Positions 36,673 to 44,902 of a stretch of 64,000 nt of DNA are shown one piece after another; position 1 is the stretch's first letter, and every line of letters starts with the position of its first letter. Location: the NCBI GenBank assembly GCA_021199635.1, contig JAJQHS010000030.1, positions 27,898-91,897 of the forward strand, read 5' to 3'. Source of the stretch: Bacillota bacterium (GTDB taxonomy: Bacteria > Bacillota > Clostridia > Oscillospirales > Oscillospiraceae). A program made the translations under genes and the position numbers. The notes beneath the pieces are model-generated. The model ran no database searches. It was not told where the DNA came from and saw only the letters and a program-made list of their open reading frames with translations.

Positions 36673-37595
36673 CCCTTTACGCCGATACCCCCGGGGAGCG
36701 GCTGGACGCCTTCCTGGCCCGCAGCGTGCCGGAGCTGACCCGCTCCGCCGCCCAGCGGTGCATTGAGGAGGGGCTCGTCCTGCTTAACGGCCGCCCGGGG
36801 AAGAAGAACGACCGGCTCAGCGCCGGGGACGCCGTTTCCTACACCCCGCCCCAGCCCCGGCAGACGGACATCGTCCCCCGGGAAATGCCGCTGGAGATCG
36901 TGTACGTGGATGCGGACGTTCTGGTCATCAATAAGCCCAAGGGGCTGGTGGTGCATCCGGCGGCGGGGCATTTGGACGATACCCTGGTGAACGCCCTGCT
37001 CTACGCCCGGGGGGATTCCCTTTCCGGCATCAACGGGGAGCTGCGCCCGGGCATCGTCCACCGGATCGATAAGGACACCTCCGGCCTGCTCGCCGTGGCG
37101 AAGAACGACTTTGCCCACCGGGTGCTGGCAAGCCAGCTCAAGGACCATACCATGGCCCGCATTTACGAAGCCATCGTCTGCGGCAATATGAAGGCGGATT
37201 CCGGAACGGTGGACGCCCCCATTGGCCGCCACCCCACGGACCGGAAGCGCATGACGGTGACGGACCGGAACAGCCGCAGCGCCGTGACCCACTGGGAGGT
37301 GGTCACCCGCTACCGGGGCTACACCCATATCCGCTGCCGCCTGGAAACCGGGCGCACCCATCAGATCCGTGTGCATATGGCCTACATCGGCCACCCCATC
37401 CTGGGCGATCCGGTCTACGGCAGGAAGAAGCCGGAGCTGGGGCAGTCCAGTCAGTGCCTCCACGCCGGGACGCTGTGCTTCCGCCACCCCAGGGACGGCC
37501 GCCCGGTGATGGTGTTCGCGCCGCTACCGGATTATTTCCAGGCGGTGCTGGAAAAACTGGAGCCGACCCGCATTCCGGAGGAAAATAAACCTTGA
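36669..37595 (+). CDS. rluD: 23S rRNA pseudouridine synthase RluD-like
   Basis: 308 aa. S4 domain plus HRIDKDTSGLL catalytic motif. ATGA overlap with lspA. Confidence 0.92.
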   Translation: MTLYADTPGERLDAFLARSVPELTRSAAQRCIEEGLVLLNGRPGKKNDRLSAGDAVSYTPPQPRQTDIVPREMPLEIVYVDADVLVINKPKGLVVHPAAGHLDDTLVNALLYARGDSLSGINGELRPGIVHRIDKDTSGLLAVAKNDFAHRVLASQLKDHTMARIYEAIVCGNMKADSGTVDAPIGRHPTDRKRMTVTDRNSRSAVTHWEVVTRYRGYTHIRCRLETGRTHQIRVHMAYIGHPILGDPVYGRKKPELGQSSQCLHAGTLCFRHPRDGRPVMVFAPLPDYFQAVLEKLEPTRIPEENKP

Positions 37596-37620
37596 CAATC
37601 CCCCCGTCCTATGCTAAAAT
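37592..37620 (+). promoter_or_regulatory. Predicted sigma-A promoter of the tRNA-Gly/Arg/His operon
   Basis: TTGACA (overlapping the rluD stop codon), 17 nt, TAAAAT, 30 nt before tRNA-Gly. Confidence 0.7.
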
Positions 37621-37650
37621 TTGATAGCTGAATCCGCCAGGCGGCGATGT

Positions 37651-37724
37651 GCGGGTGTAGTTCAATGGCAGAACACCAGCCTTCCAAGCTGGTCACGCGG
37701 GTCCGATTCCCGTCACCCGCTCCA
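37651..37724 (+). tRNA. tRNA-Gly (anticodon TCC), CCA encoded, atypical T-loop TCCGATT
   Basis: Acceptor GCGGGTG/CACCCGC, anticodon arm CCAGC-CTTCCAA-GCTGG, T arm GCGGG-TCCGATT-CCCGT, discriminator T. Confidence 0.85.
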
Positions 37725-37731
37725 CCGAAAT

Positions 37732-37808
37732 GCGCCAGTAGCTCAGCTGGATAGAGCAACTGCCTTCTAAGCAGTAGGTCGGGGGTTCGAGTCCCTTCTG
37801 GCGTACCA
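37732..37808 (+). tRNA. tRNA-Arg (anticodon TCT), CCA encoded
   Basis: Acceptor GCGCCAG/CTGGCGT (G1-U72 wobble), anticodon arm ACTGC-CTTCTAA-GCAGT, T-loop TTCGAGT. Confidence 0.88.
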
Positions 37809-37839
37809 TCCGCCGGAGGCGGTCAGTAGCAGGGAAGAT

Positions 37840-37917
37840 GGTGGCTGTGGCCTAGTTGGCTAAGGCGTCAGATTGTGGCTCTGAAGATCGTGGGTTCAAG
37901 TCCCATCAGCCACCCCA
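37840..37917 (+). tRNA. tRNA-His (anticodon GTG) with encoded G-1 and CCA
   Basis: Extra 5' G pairs with discriminator C. Acceptor GTGGCTG/CAGCCAC, anticodon arm TCAGA-TTGTGGC-TCTGA, T-loop TTCAAGT. Confidence 0.9.
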
Positions 37918-37924
37918 GAATGAA

Positions 37925-37957
37925 AACCGCCGGAGTGCTTCCGGCGGTTTTTCCTTT
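37925..37957 (+). terminator. Rho-independent terminator after the tRNA operon
   Basis: Stem AACCGCCGGA/TCCGGCGGTT followed by TTTTTCCTTTT. Confidence 0.85.
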
Positions 37958-38126
37958 TGCCATCCGCCGCCCCGGCGGCGGATGGGGATGACGCGGCGCA
38001 AAGGTTGTAAAAATTTTGCAAAAATGCTTTTCAATTGCCCGGATTTGTGGTATATTTTGCAGAGAGGCGCTTTTTTTCCGCCCGGACCCGTAAATTCCAT
38101 CCGAAATTCAAGGAGGTACATAGCAT

Positions 38127-39608
38127 ATGAACAATATTCCCGAAATCAAGCTGGGCTTGATCGCCGTATCCCGGGATTGCTTCCCCATCTCCCTGTCCAC
38201 GCAGCGCAGGAAGAATATCATGGCCAGCGCCAAGGACCTGCCCCTGTACGAGTGCCCGATCACCGTGGAGAACGAGAAGGATATGGAGCAGGCCGTCGCC
38301 AATGTGACCGCCGCCGGATGCAATGCCCTGGTGGTATTCCTGGGCAACTTCGGGCCGGAGACGCCGGAAACCCTGATCGCCAAGTTCTTTGACGGGCCTT
38401 GTATGTTCGTGGCCGCCGCAGAGGGCGACGGCGACATGATCAACGGCCGGGGCGACGCCTACTGCGGCATGCTCAACTGCTCCTACAACCTGGGCATGCG
38501 CCACCTGAAGGGCTACATCCCCGAGTACCCCGTGGGCACGGCGGAGGAGATCGCCGCCATGATCGCGGACTTTGTCCCCGTGGCCAGAGCCATCGTCGGC
38601 CTGAAGAACCTGAAAATCATCTCCTTTGGCCCCCGTCCCCAGGATTTCTTCGCCTGCAACGCGCCCATCAAGGGACTGTACGAGCTGGGCGTGGAGATCG
38701 AGGAGAACTCCGAGCTGGACCTGCTGGTCAGCTATAAGGCCCACGCCGGGGATCCCCGGATCCCCCAGGTCTGCAACGATATGGCGGCGGAGCTGGGCGT
38801 TTCCGGCAACCAGTACCCCGACCTGCTGCCCCGGATGGCGCAGTTCGAGCTGACGCTGCTGGACTGGGCGGAGGCCCACAAGGGCGCCCGGAAATATGTG
38901 TGCTTCGCGGACAAGTGCTGGCCGGCATTCCCCAGCCAGTTTGGGTTTGAGCCGTGTTATGTAAACTCCCGCCTGGCGGCCCGGGGCATTCCCGTGTCCT
39001 GCGAGGTGGACATTTACGGCGCGCTGTCCGAGTATATCGGCGCCTGCATCACCGGCGACGCGGTCACGCTGCTGGATATCAACAACTCCGTGCCCAAGTA
39101 CATCTACGACGAGGACATCGCCGGGAAGTACGATTACAAGCTCACCGATACCTTCATGGGCTTCCACTGCGGCAATACCCCGGCGTGCAAGATGTGCAGC
39201 GACCGGGCGGTGAAATATCAGCTGATCCAGCACCGGCTGCTGGAGCCGCAGGACGCGGAGCCGGACTTCACCCGGGGCACGCTGGAGGGCGACATCGCCG
39301 CCTCCCCCATCACCTTCTACCGGCTCCAGTGCGACAGTGAGGGCAAGCTGCGCTCCTACATCGCCCAGGGCGAGGTGCTGGACGTGAAGACCCGCTCCTT
39401 CGGCGGCATCGGCATTTTCGCCATCCCGGAGATGGGACGGTTCTACCGCCATGTGCTGATCGAGAAGCGCTATCCCCACCATGGGGCGGTGGCCTTCGGC
39501 CATTGCGGCAAGGCGCTGCACAGCCTGTTCCGCTACCTGGGCGTGGAGGATATTGCCTACAATCAGCCCAAATCCCTGCCCTATCCCACGGAGAATCCCT
39601 GGGGCTGA
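38127..39608 (+). CDS. L-fucose isomerase-family sugar isomerase (FucI/AraA-like)
   Basis: 493 aa. N-terminal block (LGLIAVSRDCFP...ALVVFLGNFGPE) and overall length resemble L-fucose/L-arabinose isomerase family proteins. RBS AAGGAGG. Confidence 0.75.
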   Translation: MNNIPEIKLGLIAVSRDCFPISLSTQRRKNIMASAKDLPLYECPITVENEKDMEQAVANVTAAGCNALVVFLGNFGPETPETLIAKFFDGPCMFVAAAEGDGDMINGRGDAYCGMLNCSYNLGMRHLKGYIPEYPVGTAEEIAAMIADFVPVARAIVGLKNLKIISFGPRPQDFFACNAPIKGLYELGVEIEENSELDLLVSYKAHAGDPRIPQVCNDMAAELGVSGNQYPDLLPRMAQFELTLLDWAEAHKGARKYVCFADKCWPAFPSQFGFEPCYVNSRLAARGIPVSCEVDIYGALSEYIGACITGDAVTLLDINNSVPKYIYDEDIAGKYDYKLTDTFMGFHCGNTPACKMCSDRAVKYQLIQHRLLEPQDAEPDFTRGTLEGDIAASPITFYRLQCDSEGKLRSYIAQGEVLDVKTRSFGGIGIFAIPEMGRFYRHVLIEKRYPHHGAVAFGHCGKALHSLFRYLGVEDIAYNQPKSLPYPTENPWG

Positions 39609-39642
39609 GGATAACCCATAGTCCCTTTTCCCACGCGCACCG

Positions 39643-39673
39643 GCCGGCTCACATCCCTGTGAGCCGGCTTTTT
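39643..39673 (+). terminator. Rho-independent terminator after the isomerase gene
   Basis: Perfect 11-bp stem GCCGGCTCACA/TGTGAGCCGGC followed by TTTTT. Confidence 0.85.
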
Positions 39674-39677
39674 ACTG

Positions 39678-39740
39678 CCCCACCCACTCCCGCAGGGTCG
39701 TGTGCCCACGCACGGCCAGCACCCGGCCCACAAGGGCAAA
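39678..39740 (-). repeat. Dispersed intergenic hairpin repeat, copy D (reverse orientation; core 39696-39717)
   Basis: The reverse complement reads GCTGGCCGTGCGTGGGCACACGACCCTGCGGGAGTGGGTGGGG, aligning with copy A with a few substitutions. Confidence 0.75.
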
Positions 39741-39805
39741 AAAGTACCCCGCTTTCCGTCGGGGACCGGCGGGAAGCGGGGTGGATTTTCCGTAAAACAG
39801 AGCGC

Positions 39806-40849
39806 TTACGCCTGCTCTGCCCGGGCCATAGCCAGCTGGAAGTCCTTGGTATCGGTGAAAATCTCGTTGGTATACGGATTCTTCTTCTGCTGGATGGAAC
39901 GCTTGATGATAATGGCCAGAACAGCCACGTTGATTGCCAGCGAGGCAATGGACAGCACGCCCTGGGGCACCGCGTTCACGGCAGTGGGACGGGTCGCCGC
40001 GTCCATGAAGCCGTCGGCGTACAGCACAGGGAGGGTGGTGAACACGCTGTTGTCCTGGAACAGGGGGAACACCTGGGCAAACATGCACCACAGCGCCAGG
40101 GTATTGGCACGGTTCTGGATCCAGCCGCCCTTGTTCCACAGGGCATTGGCCACAGTGGGCGCCAGCAGCAGCGCCAGGCCGCAGTACCAGGCGTGGGTGG
40201 GCAGGTTCAGGTAGGTGTACTGGAAGTTCCAAACGTCATACGCCAGGATGTACAGCCACATCATGTCCGGCCAGAGCATATCCTGCTTCTTCTTGGAGGT
40301 GTAGATGCCCCACCAGCCGGTCATGCAGAAGATGTTGATGATGCCCGCGAAGCCGTTGAGCCAGTTCCACCAGCCGCCGTAGAGCCACACGTTCTCACTG
40401 GAGAGCCACCAGCGGTCGCCGTACTCCTTCATGGCCTGGGCGCCCTTGATGGCGGACTCGAAATCGCTGGCCACCGCGATGAGGATGTTGATGGCCACGA
40501 TGACGAACGGGAACACCTTGAACCACTCCGTCTTGCCGATGCTCCACTTATACTTGAGCATCATGAAGCCGATGCACCCGGCGGTGGCGGCGTAGAGTTT
40601 GGCATAGTGGAACCAGCTGTTCATGTACACATAGGTGTCATTGGTCAGCGCCCACTCCGCGCCCATCGCCGCGCCTACATAGATGGAAATGAAGTACACC
40701 GTCAGCGCCCCGGGGATTGCCAGGAAGCAGATGATGCCGCCGACCTTGGAGCGGCGGGCGAATTCATTCGCCAGGATCAGCCCCAGGAACACAAGCAGCC
40801 AGCCCAGCAGCTGGTATCCGGCGGTATCGCCATAGATTTGAAATAACAT
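39806..40849 (-). CDS. Uncharacterised polytopic membrane protein, Trp-rich (last gene of the hypB operon)
   Basis: 347 aa, about 9-10 predicted TM segments, 20 Trp by my count. Starts 12 nt after the hypA stop with RBS GGAGG. No transporter signature recognised. Confidence 0.7.
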   Translation of the reverse strand: MLFQIYGDTAGYQLLGWLLVFLGLILANEFARRSKVGGIICFLAIPGALTVYFISIYVGAAMGAEWALTNDTYVYMNSWFHYAKLYAATAGCIGFMMLKYKWSIGKTEWFKVFPFVIVAINILIAVASDFESAIKGAQAMKEYGDRWWLSSENVWLYGGWWNWLNGFAGIINIFCMTGWWGIYTSKKKQDMLWPDMMWLYILAYDVWNFQYTYLNLPTHAWYCGLALLLAPTVANALWNKGGWIQNRANTLALWCMFAQVFPLFQDNSVFTTLPVLYADGFMDAATRPTAVNAVPQGVLSIASLAINVAVLAIIIKRSIQQKKNPYTNEIFTDTKDFQLAMARAEQA

Positions 40850-40860
40850 AGATTATCCTC

Positions 40861-41208
40861 CTAAATTGCCTCAATTTCTTTGATATTCAGTTCATTCCCC
40901 CGCAGGAGCCAGGTTTTTTCGCTGCCGCAGTAGGGACAGATCCGGCCGTGTGCCACCGTCCCATATTCCTGCGCGCAGTCCTGGCACCAGGACACGGCGG
41001 GAAGGACCTCCGTTTTCATTTCGCAGCCCAGAAGCGGCGGCTCCCGCTTCTGCACTGCCCAGCGCCAGCAGTCGGTGAGGTAATCCGGGATCACCGTGGA
41101 TACCTCGCCAACCTGCAGCGTGACGCTGTGGATCTGGGTCAGGTGATTTTCCTCGGCCACCGCCTGGAGGCTGTCCATCACCTGAAATACAATGCCCAGC
41201 TCGTGCAT
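40861..41208 (-). CDS. hypA: Hydrogenase/urease nickel insertion protein HypA
   Basis: 115 aa. N-terminal MHE nickel motif and CQDC...CPYC zinc site. Confidence 0.9.
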   Translation of the reverse strand: MHELGIVFQVMDSLQAVAEENHLTQIHSVTLQVGEVSTVIPDYLTDCWRWAVQKREPPLLGCEMKTEVLPAVSWCQDCAQEYGTVAHGRICPYCGSEKTWLLRGNELNIKEIEAI

Positions 41209-41209
41209 A

Positions 41210-44023
41210 TCACCGTTCCTTCTGCGCCTTGTTCGCCCGATGCTCCGCCCGCTTGATCTTGATCTCCCGCTTGAGCATATAGGGCAGGATGGCCTTCATC
41301 TTGTCCTCGGTGCGGTACATCTTGGAGGCGGCAGGCAGCTCACGGTGCAGATGGATGGCGTCGAAGCTGCACTTGGTGGTGCAGATGCCGCAGCCGATGC
41401 ACTTGTTGGGGTCCACCACGGACGCACCGCAGCCCAGGCAGCGGGCCGTCTCCGCCTTGACCTGCGCCTCGGTGAAGGGCAGGCGGGCATCCCGGAAGGA
41501 ATGCTTCTGGTCGATGGCGGCATCCGTCCCGGGGATCTGCCGGGCGGAATTGTCATACTGCTCCACCACGATATTGTCCTTGTCCAGCTGGATGAAATCG
41601 TTCCGGTTCCGGCCGATGGTCAGGCTGGCGCCGGGCTGGACGAAGCGGTGGATGGAGATGGCACCCTGCTTGCCGGCGGCAATGGCATCAATGGCGAATT
41701 TGGGGCCGGTGTAGACGTCGCCGCCTACGAAAATGTCCGGCTCGCCAGTCTGATAGGTCAGCGCGTCGGCCACCGCGCCGCTGCCGCGGCCCAGCTCCAC
41801 GCGGGAGCCTTCCAGCAGCCCGCCCCAGAGGATGCTCTGGCCGATGGACAGCAGCACATGGCTGCATTCCACGGTGATGGTGTCGTCCTCGTCATACGCG
41901 GGCTGGAAGCGGCCGTTTTCGTCCCACACCCGGGTGCAGCGCTTGAATACGATGCCGCTGACCCGGCCATTCTCCGTGAGGATCTGCTTGGGGCCCCAGC
42001 CGCAGGTGACGGTGACGTCATCGGCCTCGGCCTCGGCGATCTCCTCTTTGGAGGCGGGCATTTTGTCCCGCGGCTCCAGGCAGAACATGGAAACGGATTC
42101 CGCGCCGCAGCGGACAGCGGAGCGCGCCACGTCCACGGCCACGTTGCCGCCGCCGACCACGACAGTCTTCCCAGTCAGGCGATAGCCCTCGTTGGCGCCC
42201 ACGGTCCGCAGGAAGTCCACGGCGGTCATGACGCCCTCGGCGTCCTCACCCTCCACGTTGGCCTTTCTGCCGCCCTGGCAGCCGATGGCGATGTAGAAGG
42301 CCTTGTAGCCCTGCTCCCGCAGCTGCGCCAGGGTGATGTCCTTGCTCACCTCTACGCCGCAGCGGATCTCCACGCCCATCTCCTGCAAAATGGCGATTTC
42401 CCCGTCGATCACGTCCTTCTCCAGCTTGAAGGAGGGGATGCCGTAGCGGAGCATGCCGCCGGGCTTCTCGTTCTTCTCAAACACCACGGGGCGGTAGCCC
42501 TTCTCCGCCAGATAGTACGCGCAGCTCAGGCCGGCGGGGCCTGCGCCAATGATGGCGATCTTCTCCTGGAATTCGCCCTCTACCTTGGGGATGACCTTGG
42601 GCGGGATGTAGCGGTGCTCCGCGTCCAGGTCCTTCCGGGCGATGAACTTTTTCACCTCGTCGATGGCAACGGCCTGGTCGATGGTGCCCCGGGTGCAGGC
42701 ATCCTCGCAGCGGCGGTTGCATACGGCGCCGCACACGGCGGGGAAGGGGTTATTCTTCTTGATCAGCGCCAGCGCCTCGGTGTACCTGCCCTGGGCCGCC
42801 AGCTTCAGGTAGCCCTGCACGGCGATGTGGGCGGGGCAGGCGGTTTTGCAGGGAGCGGTGCCGGTGTCGTAGCAGTTGATGCGGTTGTTGTCCCGGTAGT
42901 CCACGTCCCATTTTTCCGGGCCCCACTTGGTTTCGTCCGGCAGCTCGTGCTTGGGGTAGACGATGGGCCCGTCCTTGGTGCAAAGCTTCTGCCCCAGCTT
43001 CACCGCCCCGGCGGGGCAGAACTCCACGCACCGCCCGCAGGCCACGCAGTTTTCCGGCTCCACTTTGGCCACATATGCGCTGCGGCTCATGTTGGGGGTG
43101 TTGAACAGCTGGGAGGTGCGCAGGGCGTTGCACACGTTGATGTTGCAGTTGCAGATGGCGAAGATCTTCTCCTGCCCGTCGATGTTGGTGATTTGGTGGA
43201 CGAAGCCGTTCTCCTCCGCCTTGCGGAAGATGTCCATGGCACCGTCGTAATCCACGTAGCGCCCGCGGCCGGTTTCCACGATGTAGTCCGCCATGTCGCC
43301 CACGGCCACGCACCAATCCTCGAAGCTGTCGCCGCAGCCCTCGCCCAGCTTCTCCTTGCTCATCCGGCAGGAGCAGGGGGAGGCGGCGAACTTATTGTAC
43401 TTCTTCAGCCAGTAGGAGATATGCTCCAGGTCGATGGAGGTATTCTCCGCCTCGATGGCCTTCTCCACCGGGATGACGTGCATGCCGATGCCTGCGCCGC
43501 CTGGGGGCACCATAGCGGTGATGTTCTCCAGGGGCAGGAAGCTCATCCGCTCGAAGAAAGCCGTCACCTCCGGGGTTTGGTCCACCTGGGATTTGCGCAT
43601 ATTGAAGAACTCAGCGCTGCCGGGGACGAAGCGCCCCAGCACATACCGCTTCTCGTGATTGGGATTTTTGCCGTCCAGATTCTCCCAGTGGTACTCGATC
43701 AGGCCGACGTAGGCCATCTCGTCCAGCAGCTTCTGGAGCGCGCCCTCCTCCATCCCGGTGAGGCGGGTGAGCTGGGCCAGGGTTTTGGGCTTACGCACGC
43801 CCATTTTCAGGGCGACGTCCGCCATCTCGTCGGTGACCACGCCGGCCAGCCCCCAGTATTCGGGGTCGTCCTTTGTGACCTTCACGCCGATCCGGTCGGT
43901 GATCATCTGCCCCAGCTGGATGATTTTCTCCCGCACAGGGCCTTCACACTCCGGAATGGAGAAAGGCAGCTTGGATTCATCCAGGGGCATATTGGTAGCC
44001 TTGCTTCCGTTAATATCTCGCAT
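41210..44023 (-). CDS. Large Fe-S flavoprotein oxidoreductase: unknown Cys-rich N-terminal region, ferredoxin-like 4Fe-4S motifs, GltD-like NAD(P)H/FAD domain, C-terminal 4Fe-4S ferredoxin motif
   Basis: 937 aa from the ATG at 44023 (RBS AGGAG). CVACGRCVEFCP and CIGCGICTTKC motifs, GltD-type CKTACPAH...CNRRCEDAC, dinucleotide fold IAIIGAGPAGL and VVVGGGNVAVD. Confidence 0.8.
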   Translation of the reverse strand: MRDINGSKATNMPLDESKLPFSIPECEGPVREKIIQLGQMITDRIGVKVTKDDPEYWGLAGVVTDEMADVALKMGVRKPKTLAQLTRLTGMEEGALQKLLDEMAYVGLIEYHWENLDGKNPNHEKRYVLGRFVPGSAEFFNMRKSQVDQTPEVTAFFERMSFLPLENITAMVPPGGAGIGMHVIPVEKAIEAENTSIDLEHISYWLKKYNKFAASPCSCRMSKEKLGEGCGDSFEDWCVAVGDMADYIVETGRGRYVDYDGAMDIFRKAEENGFVHQITNIDGQEKIFAICNCNINVCNALRTSQLFNTPNMSRSAYVAKVEPENCVACGRCVEFCPAGAVKLGQKLCTKDGPIVYPKHELPDETKWGPEKWDVDYRDNNRINCYDTGTAPCKTACPAHIAVQGYLKLAAQGRYTEALALIKKNNPFPAVCGAVCNRRCEDACTRGTIDQAVAIDEVKKFIARKDLDAEHRYIPPKVIPKVEGEFQEKIAIIGAGPAGLSCAYYLAEKGYRPVVFEKNEKPGGMLRYGIPSFKLEKDVIDGEIAILQEMGVEIRCGVEVSKDITLAQLREQGYKAFYIAIGCQGGRKANVEGEDAEGVMTAVDFLRTVGANEGYRLTGKTVVVGGGNVAVDVARSAVRCGAESVSMFCLEPRDKMPASKEEIAEAEADDVTVTCGWGPKQILTENGRVSGIVFKRCTRVWDENGRFQPAYDEDDTITVECSHVLLSIGQSILWGGLLEGSRVELGRGSGAVADALTYQTGEPDIFVGGDVYTGPKFAIDAIAAGKQGAISIHRFVQPGASLTIGRNRNDFIQLDKDNIVVEQYDNSARQIPGTDAAIDQKHSFRDARLPFTEAQVKAETARCLGCGASVVDPNKCIGCGICTTKCSFDAIHLHRELPAASKMYRTEDKMKAILPYMLKREIKIKRAEHRANKAQKER

Positions 44024-44702
44024 GGGTTTCTCCTTTCCATTGATTGACTTCTTCCCGCAGCCATTGGGCGACTGCGTCCACACCCTCGCCGGTCCTGGCG
44101 CTGATGGGGAAAATCCGGGCGTTGGGGTTGCGCATGTGGATGTATTCCCGGCATTTGTCCAGATCAAAGTCGAAGTAGGGCAGTACATCCATCTTGTTGA
44201 GGATGACAGCATCGCAGACCTGGAACATCAGGGGATACTTCAGGGGCTTGTCGTGTCCCTCCGGGACGGACAGGATCATGCAGTTCTTCACCGCGCCGGT
44301 GTCGAATTCCGCCGGGCACACCAGGTTCCCCACATTCTCCAGGATCACCAGATCCAGCGCCTGCGGGTCCAGGCCCTGAAGCCCCTGCCGGGTCATCGCC
44401 GCGTCCAGGTGGCACATGCCCCCGGTGTGCAGCTGGATGGCCTTCACGCCTGCTTCGGCCATGGCTCTGGCGTCCACATCGGAGTCGATATCCGCCTCCA
44501 TCACGCCGATGCGCAATGTGGGCTTCAGCAGCGGGATCAGGCGCTGCAGCGTGGTGGTTTTCCCGGAGCCGGGGGAGGACATCAGGTTGAGGAGGAAGAG
44601 CTTCCGCTCCTTCAGCTCCTGGCGCAGCTCCTCCGCCCGGGCGTCGTTTCCGGCGAATACGCTCTGCTTGATTTCCAGAATTTTTACTTCCTGCATGGGC
44701 AC
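44010..44702 (-). CDS. hypB: Nickel-incorporation GTPase HypB
   Basis: 230 aa. P-loop SSPGSGKTT and ENVGNLVCPA motifs. The stop overlaps the next gene's start by 14 nt. Confidence 0.9.
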   Translation of the reverse strand: MPMQEVKILEIKQSVFAGNDARAEELRQELKERKLFLLNLMSSPGSGKTTTLQRLIPLLKPTLRIGVMEADIDSDVDARAMAEAGVKAIQLHTGGMCHLDAAMTRQGLQGLDPQALDLVILENVGNLVCPAEFDTGAVKNCMILSVPEGHDKPLKYPLMFQVCDAVILNKMDVLPYFDFDLDKCREYIHMRNPNARIFPISARTGEGVDAVAQWLREEVNQWKGETHARY

Positions 44703-44748
44703 GCTCCTTCGCTTGCCATCCGGAAGGATGGCAGATTCTCACAATTGT

Positions 44749-44777
44749 AGTGTACACTTTCCTGCAAAAAATGTCAA
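44749..44777 (-). promoter_or_regulatory. Predicted sigma-A promoter of the hypB operon
   Basis: Minus strand reads TTGACA, 17 nt, TACACT. The leader contains an 8-bp hairpin (44714-44733) just before the RBS. Confidence 0.55.
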
Positions 44778-44784
44778 CATTCCC

Positions 44785-44798
44785 CAGGAAATTTCCTG
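44785..44798. promoter_or_regulatory. Perfect 14-bp palindrome CAGGAAATTTCCTG immediately upstream of the hypB -35 (candidate operator/activator site)
   Basis: Read directly from the sequence. The centre lies 37.5 bp upstream of the -10 hexamer. The same GGAAATTTCC core recurs at 56999-57010. Confidence 0.45.
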
Positions 44799-44841
44799 AA
44801 AAAAAGAGAAAAATTTCCGATCTGTTCACGCACCCCGAGCC

Positions 44842-44890
44842 CCCAAATCCGGCGCGGATGCTGGCCGTGTGTGGGCACACGGCCCTGGTT
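44842..44890 (+). repeat. Dispersed intergenic hairpin repeat, copy E (core 44863-44884)
   Basis: CCCAAATCCGGCGCGGATGCTGGCCGTGTGTGGGCACACGGCCCTGG; perfect core with a truncated right flank. Confidence 0.85.
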
Positions 44891-44902
44891 GTTCCTTTGC
44901 AA

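Noticed and set aside
37651-37917. tRNA cluster as a possible integration hotspot or island boundary
   Set aside because: Flanking genes (rluD, sugar isomerase) look like ordinary chromosomal genes. There is no partial tRNA duplication and no mobile gene nearby.
41192-44750. 951-aa and 330-aa plus-strand ORFs
   Set aside because: They are antisense to the Fe-S flavoprotein and hypB genes, with G/A/H/L-rich translations.
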